Shown: one piece after another, positions 38,381 through 41,247 of the stretch
Numbering within the stretch: the stretch's first letter is position 1
Layout of the letters: every line of letters begins with the position of its first letter
Assembly: GCA_038227545.1 (NCBI GenBank)
Contig: JBBRPU010000001.1
Location: 1-41,247 of the forward strand
Length of the DNA stretch: 41,247 bases
Reading direction: 5' to 3'
Source of the DNA: Candidatus Acidiferrales bacterium
GTDB lineage: Bacteria; Acidobacteriota; Terriglobia; Acidiferrales; UBA7541
Position numbers and translations under genes: made by a program
Notes under the pieces: generated by a model
What the model was told of the DNA's origin: nothing
Databases searched by the model: none
Seen by the model: only the letters and a program-made list of their open reading frames with translations

Positions 38381-38599
38381 TAGTTTCGTATCGCGATGAC
38401 ATGCGGGTAATGAAAAAGGGGCGGCTCCGCGAGATAGCCAACCTGGCATCCCCGACAAATCTGCCAGAAAAGGTCACCCAGCGGAAGCAGTTAAAGGAGC
38501 CGTCGATCCGCGCCGCTGACGGTTCGATCGGACGGCTCTACGCCAACCCCTTTTTCTCGTTGGACGCGTTATTGCATGTTTGCTTTTTTGTGGGCCAAC

Positions 38600-38637
38600 G
38601 GAAAGGGCATCACACGTGAAGTCTCGGTGATTCACTG
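38600..38637. promoter_or_regulatory. Duplicated 38-bp regulatory box, copy B
   Basis: GGAAAGGG-ca-TCACACGTGAA-gtctc-GGTGATTCACTG; same orientation as copy A. Confidence 0.8.
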
Positions 38638-38701
38638 CGGCTGTCGCACTTATCGACCTGGGTTATCGCTCAAACGTATTGCAAGGTAAAGAGTTACCGC
38701 A

Positions 38702-38729
38702 TTGACTTGCGGGCCTGCTGTGATAACAT
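38702..38729 (+). promoter_or_regulatory. Sigma-70-type promoter of the regulator gene
   Basis: TTGACT-N16-TAACAT with an extended -10 TGn. Confidence 0.6.
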
Positions 38730-38753
38730 TCATGCATTCAATTCTCTATTTGA

Positions 38754-40112
38754 ATGCAATCAGATGCATTGATCAGCATGGCCTCCGCTCAAACTTCGGT
38801 TTCACAGCCTCCAAACACCGCCGACCTCCTTACAGATGAACGTTGGCAGCTTGTGCAGCGCATTATTTCCAGTCCCCCATTTCAAAAGGGCACCCGACTA
38901 AAGGATTTGTTGCAATATGTCACGGAACAGGCCATCCGCGGGCATGCCCACGAGTTGACCGAGCAGCACATCGGCAACGCCCTATTTCACAAACCGTCCG
39001 ACTACAGTCCTTTGGAAGACAGTTCGGTGCGGGTGCATGCCCGACAGTTGCGGCTTAAGCTCCATGAATACTTCAACGAAGACGGGCGAAATGAACCATT
39101 AATCCTGGAGATACCGAAAGGTGCTTACGCTCCGGCGTTCCGGACGGTAGTGAAAGCCGTGTCGCCCGCGACGGTCGTGGCGCCAGCCGTGTTGCCCATC
39201 AAATCCTGGGTGTCGCGCGCCATGGTGCCATGGGTCCTTTGTGGTGTAATGGCAATCCTGTGCGCCGCTCTTTTTTATCGTAGTTTGCCGGGACGATCGA
39301 CGGGTGCGGCAATGGCCGCACCTCCTGCGCCGAATGCTACGTTGCCCTGGCCGTTCTCTCAAATCTTCGACGCGCGTCACCAGACTCTCATAGTCGTCGC
39401 AGACAGCAATTACGGGATGTCCCGCATTCTGGCCAGCCAGCCGGGCTCCCTCGACCAATATCTTCGGCGAGACTTTAAAGGTGCGACGGCCGGCAAGATG
39501 GGCCCAGCCGATTCGCGGATCAGCGAATACATTTCGAACTCCACTTTGACTTCGTATGCCGATGTGGCCGACGTCGTGTCTTTGCTGAAAATGGCGGGTC
39601 CGCTGCAATCACAAGTGTCGGTTCGATACCCCCGCGATTTGAGGATGCGGGACCTGGACCACGAAAATTATATTTTCATCGGAAGCCCGGCGTCGAATCC
39701 ATGGGTCACGCTGCTGCAGGACAAGCTGAACTTTCGCGAGAGCGAGACGGTGGTCGGCGAAAGCGTCAAATTCTTCGTGAACAAGAATCCCCACCCCGGC
39801 GAACGGCAGCAGTATGAAGGTTTACGCTGGACGGGAACGATGGGCGAGGACTACGCCACGATCTCTCTGCTGCCCAACGCCACGCACGATGGCAGCGTGT
39901 TGGCGCTGCAGGGCCTGCAGCAAGAAGGCACAGAAGCGGCCGGACGTTTCCTGGCTGACGAAGAGAATCGGCGCCAGCTTATGAGCGCTTTGAAGATTAC
40001 CGCCGCGGATGGCAGTACCCAAAACATCTGGTTTGAGGCGCTGATTCGGTCAAGAACCGTTTCCGGAGCGCCCAATTCCACTACCCTCGAGGCGGTCCGG
40101 CGGATCAAATAA
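38754..40112 (+). CDS. Membrane-anchored transcriptional regulator: N-terminal winged-helix-like domain, TM helix, extracytoplasmic domain
   Basis: RIISSPPFQKGTRLKDLLQYV...EQHIGNALF...SSVRVHARQLRLKLHEYF...IPKGAYAPAF (ToxR/CadC-like topology); TM VPWVLCGVMAILCAALFY; start ATG 38754 or 38778. Confidence 0.75.
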   Translation: MQSDALISMASAQTSVSQPPNTADLLTDERWQLVQRIISSPPFQKGTRLKDLLQYVTEQAIRGHAHELTEQHIGNALFHKPSDYSPLEDSSVRVHARQLRLKLHEYFNEDGRNEPLILEIPKGAYAPAFRTVVKAVSPATVVAPAVLPIKSWVSRAMVPWVLCGVMAILCAALFYRSLPGRSTGAAMAAPPAPNATLPWPFSQIFDARHQTLIVVADSNYGMSRILASQPGSLDQYLRRDFKGATAGKMGPADSRISEYISNSTLTSYADVADVVSLLKMAGPLQSQVSVRYPRDLRMRDLDHENYIFIGSPASNPWVTLLQDKLNFRESETVVGESVKFFVNKNPHPGERQQYEGLRWTGTMGEDYATISLLPNATHDGSVLALQGLQQEGTEAAGRFLADEENRRQLMSALKITAADGSTQNIWFEALIRSRTVSGAPNSTTLEAVRRIK

Positions 40113-40192
40113 AAGAAGTAGCACGTGTTGCGCTCTTGAGCAAAGCCAGACGTCGTATTATCAATGCAGTGTCGGATTTCCCCCATTCACGC

Positions 40193-41247
40193 ATGTCGCT
40201 GATCCAAATGTCTACGGTCAGAATGTGGTTGCTGTCGCTGGCGCTGGGATTCGTAATACCGGCCGCGTGGGGCCAGCAAACCACTGAGAATCCAGTCCGG
40301 GATCCGGTAATCCAGGCGCATTTCGCCGCGGCACAGCAAGCGCAGCGTGATAACGACTACGCGACGGCGGAAAGAGAATACCAGCGAGTCATCGCTCTGG
40401 CCCCGAACTTCGCGGAAGTTCGTATGAACCTCGGCCTGGTGTATCAACAGCAGAATCGCTATCCAGAAGCCATGAACGAATTCCGCCGGGCGCTGAAAAT
40501 TAAGCCTACGCTGGCGGGTGCAAATTTTTTCCTGGGTGTGGACTACTGCAAGGCCGGCGATGGCGCGAGAGCTATCCCATTTTTAAAGGCCGCGCTGAAG
40601 GCGTCGCCCGGACAACCGGAGATCTGGCTGTGGCTCGCTACCGCGCAGGAAATAACAGGCGACATCGCTGCGCAAGTGGCGACTCTGCGCCAGGCTCTCG
40701 AATCGCACCCGCATGATGTGGATATTTTGTACCTGCTTGGCCATGCTTACGAACGCCTGGGGAAGCAGGAAGCGGCACGACTGGAAAGTGGGACCGCCGA
40801 TGCGTCTCGCAAGGAACAGTTTCTGGCTGAAAGCTATGCGGTGAGCAACGAGTGGCCCTCCGCGGTGATTCATTTCCAGAATGCGCTGGCGGCTGCTCCC
40901 CAGCGTCCAGGCCTGCACGTTGCCCTGGGAGAAGTGCTGTTGGGTGCCGGGAAAATAAATCAGGCTGCGAAGGAGTTCGAGCAGGAATTGGCGCTAGATC
41001 CAAACAACTTGCGTGCGCTGGTGCGGCGTGGCGAAGTACGGCTGGTTGAGGGAGATGTTGACAGCGCGCTCGACGATTGGACACGAGCCACCGCAGTTGA
41101 CCAGACCCAGGTGGAAAAAATTCTCGGATTGCGTCATACGGCCTTTGGGAATTCCGGAAGCGAACAGCTACATGAGGCTGTGCGCGAAAAATTATCACGA
41201 CTGAATGGAGAGCTTTTAACGCACAATTCCACGGCAGCGCGTCTCGC
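40193..41247 (+). CDS. Secreted tetratricopeptide-repeat protein (partial, runs off the window; absent from the ORF track)
   Basis: My translation: MSLIQMSTVRMWLLSLALGFVIPAAWGQQ...AEREYQRVIALAPNFAEVRMNLGLVYQQQNRYPEAMNEFRRALKIKP..., i.e. a signal peptide followed by TPR units. Confidence 0.88.
   Translation, partial: MSLIQMSTVRMWLLSLALGFVIPAAWGQQTTENPVRDPVIQAHFAAAQQAQRDNDYATAEREYQRVIALAPNFAEVRMNLGLVYQQQNRYPEAMNEFRRALKIKPTLAGANFFLGVDYCKAGDGARAIPFLKAALKASPGQPEIWLWLATAQEITGDIAAQVATLRQALESHPHDVDILYLLGHAYERLGKQEAARLESGTADASRKEQFLAESYAVSNEWPSAVIHFQNALAAAPQRPGLHVALGEVLLGAGKINQAAKEFEQELALDPNNLRALVRRGEVRLVEGDVDSALDDWTRATAVDQTQVEKILGLRHTAFGNSGSEQLHEAVREKLSRLNGELLTHNSTAARL

Larger units (their letters stand above)
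27934..41247. mobile_element. Putative decayed tRNA-Pro genomic island (right boundary not seen)
   Basis: tRNA, then an integrase remnant, then accessory carbohydrate genes; no second att copy noticed in the window. Confidence 0.4.

Noticed and set aside
35641-38637. The two 38-bp boxes as CRISPR repeats or transposon ends
   Set aside because: Only two copies, 3 kb apart and in direct orientation; no spacers, cas or transposase genes. Their position relative to start codons fits regulation better.
40120-40136. CACGTGT upstream of the TPR gene as a third copy of the box
   Set aside because: Only a 7-bp match, without the GTGAA-N10-TTCAC element.
40187-41198. Minus-strand ORFs at the right end of the window
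   Set aside because: Antisense to the open plus-strand TPR gene that the ORF track missed because it has no stop codon in the window.

Overview
A 41-kb chromosomal window from a GC-rich diderm bacterium. Gene families and protein architectures point to Acidobacteriota (inference). It has four parts. (1) The 3' end of tmRNA, followed by a ~2.5-kb segment with an Ig-repeat aryl-sulfate sulfotransferase lipoprotein, closed by a degenerate copy of the tmRNA 3' end. (2) An envelope/periplasm region: a PilZ-TM-TonB_C protein, three ~1050-1090-aa sortilin/VPS10-BNR beta-propeller paralogues, a LolA-like protein, PagL, an exported PrxQ, VapBC, an S9 peptidase, an APC permease and a Spy-like chaperone. 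(3) A housekeeping operon, amidase-GerMN-rph-rdgB-nth, followed by tRNA-Pro(TGG). (4) Directly after the tRNA, a decayed tyrosine integrase and then a SusD-less polysaccharide-utilisation-like locus: secreted GH130, two uncharacterised Tat-exported large proteins, a TonB-dependent receptor, a divergent membrane-anchored winged-helix regulator and a TPR protein. The strongest unexplained signal is a 38-bp box (33/38 identical) present twice, about 190-220 bp upstream of the two leftward transcription units of this locus. It is a candidate operator for the transmembrane regulator. No CRISPR array or rRNA was seen. All functional calls rest on motif recognition by eye; no database searches were run.
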